Shown: positions 62,775 to 64,000 of the stretch, in pieces
Layout: each line of letters begins with the position of its first letter
Position numbering within the stretch: the stretch's first letter is position 1
From: Sedimentisphaerales bacterium
GTDB lineage: Bacteria; Planctomycetota; Phycisphaerae; Sedimentisphaerales; SM23-30
NCBI GenBank assembly: GCA_963663805.2
Contig: CAXXMR010000018.1
Span: 96,001-160,000, forward strand
Reading direction: 5' to 3'
Length of the DNA: 64,000 nt
Notes under the pieces: model-generated
Told to the model about the DNA's origin: nothing
The model's input: the letters and a program-made list of their open reading frames with translations, nothing else
The model's database searches: none
Program-made: the position numbers and the translations under genes

Positions 62775-64000
62775 TTAAGCAATGACTTTGAGAAATTTTT
62801 CCGTGTAGGGGTCGCGGGTTTTCGTGAGCCAGTTTTTCAGTTCAACTGACAACCTGCCTACAATTTCCGGATTTTCTTCAGCAACAGAGATCATCTGATA
62901 AGGGTCGTTATGATTATCGTAAAGGATTTTTTCGAAAGAACCATCTTCAAGCAATTCCACCACGAAAGTATAGCGGCTGGTGCGAACGCCGCGTTTAACA
63001 TCAATATCTTTATCATGGAGGTCGGTGTCACAAAGATAGAACGTGGATTTAGGCCTAGGCATCCCCTGGCCCAGCAAGGCTGGCGAACAGTCCGCACCTT
63101 CAACCTGAGATGGAGTCTTCTCTTTCAGACCCATCAGGCTTAGCAGGGTCGGCATATAATCTGGAACGTTGATATGCAGGTCATCGGGGCCGGTGGGAAT
63201 TTTGCCGGGCCAACGTATTATGAGGGGGATACGGAACGACTCCTCGTAAGCCACAACCTTCTGCATCAGGCCGTGACTGCCCATCATTTCCCCGTGGTCA
63301 GCCGAGAAAACCACAATAGTATCATCTTTCAGGCCGGTACTATCTAGGGCCTGCAAGATCTTGCCAAAAGCCAGGTCCACCGCGGTAACCGCGGCGAAGT
63401 AATCGGCAACATTCTTATGTGATGGGTTGTGTTCTTTATCTACATTGCCGCGATTGAGCAATTCGTCAGGCGTTTTGTCCTTATAGTATTCTCGGTATTG
63501 GTCGGGTACGTCCTGATATCTGGGATGCGGCGGATTCATTGCGACAAACAACGTGAACGGTTTGTTATTATCGCGATAAGAGCCATCGGTGTTTTTGATA
63601 TATTCGACAGCAACCTTTGATTCGTGTTCGGGAGAATATTCATCGACGACGGTTTTTTCATCCTCCGAAGCATCGCCAATCCAATAGTGCGGTTCGAGAT
63701 GGCGGGAATCGGTGCCATAAGAATACCAGAAATCAACGCCGTGCCGTTGCGGGCCGGGCGGAGTGTAAGAATCCCAGACAGACCCACGCCAGTGCGGAGC
63801 ACGCGGGACGCCCTGGGGGGTGTCAAGGTGCCATTTGCCGATATAACCGACAGAATAATCGTTATCAGCTAAAACATCAGTAAGCGTGCATTCGCTCTGC
63901 CTTAAATAATTGTTAGGTACTGACGAGTTACAGTTAGTGGTAATGCCCGTCGAATGGGGCCAACGCCCCGTCAGGAGCATACCACGATACGGCGAACACA
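62775..64000 (-). CDS. sulfatase (5' end outside window)
   Basis: CSPYR (CxPxR) at the window edge, LLTGRW, GKWHL, PPH, SADHG. Confidence 0.93.
   Translation of the reverse strand, partial: CSPYRGMLLTGRWPHSTGITTNCNSSVPNNYLRQSECTLTDVLADNDYSVGYIGKWHLDTPQGVPRAPHWRGSVWDSYTPPGPQRHGVDFWYSYGTDSRHLEPHYWIGDASEDEKTVVDEYSPEHESKVAVEYIKNTDGSYRDNNKPFTLFVAMNPPHPRYQDVPDQYREYYKDKTPDELLNRGNVDKEHNPSHKNVADYFAAVTAVDLAFGKILQALDSTGLKDDTIVVFSADHGEMMGSHGLMQKVVAYEESFRIPLIIRWPGKIPTGPDDLHINVPDYMPTLLSLMGLKEKTPSQVEGADCSPALLGQGMPRPKSTFYLCDTDLHDKDIDVKRGVRTSRYTFVVELLEDGSFEKILYDNHNDPYQMISVAEENPEIVGRLSVELKNWLTKTRDPYTEKFLKVIA

Overview
Accessory-rich bacterial chromosome segment. The prepilin-like H-X9-DG-type protein, PEP-CTERM and dockerin-like proteins, sulfatase and DUF2294 proteins point to Planctomycetota, possibly Phycisphaerae (inference). 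Mobile DNA: two near-identical inverted IS21 copies, an IS630, a full IS66, an internally deleted single-ORF IS66-like element, two IS66-derived MITEs, truncated IS1634 and rve transposases, and a decayed large-serine-recombinase element. Two orphan att-like scars are present: a 3' half of tRNA-Gly(TCC), and a 63/64-bp inverted copy of the priA 3' end. Cargo: a TetR-linked nine-gene catabolic operon whose distal half is full of frameshifts (probably sequencing error), a DAACS transporter plus serine dehydratase, a SNF2/SWIM pair, an AAA-DUF234 ATPase, a K+ channel-like gene, a hybrid kinase plus hemerythrin, and a PUL-like AraC locus. The most unusual signals are (1) a divergent DUF2294 locus with a near-consensus promoter, a ~385-nt leader carrying two tandem hairpin+terminator units, and an internally deleted eRF1-like gene missed by the ORF track; (2) a non-coding 20-bp-period array at 24.5-24.7 kb; (3) the priA att scar; (4) one passenger domain encoded twice with alternative anchors. 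No CRISPR array, rRNA or intact tRNA was seen. All calls come from motif recognition by eye; no searches were run.
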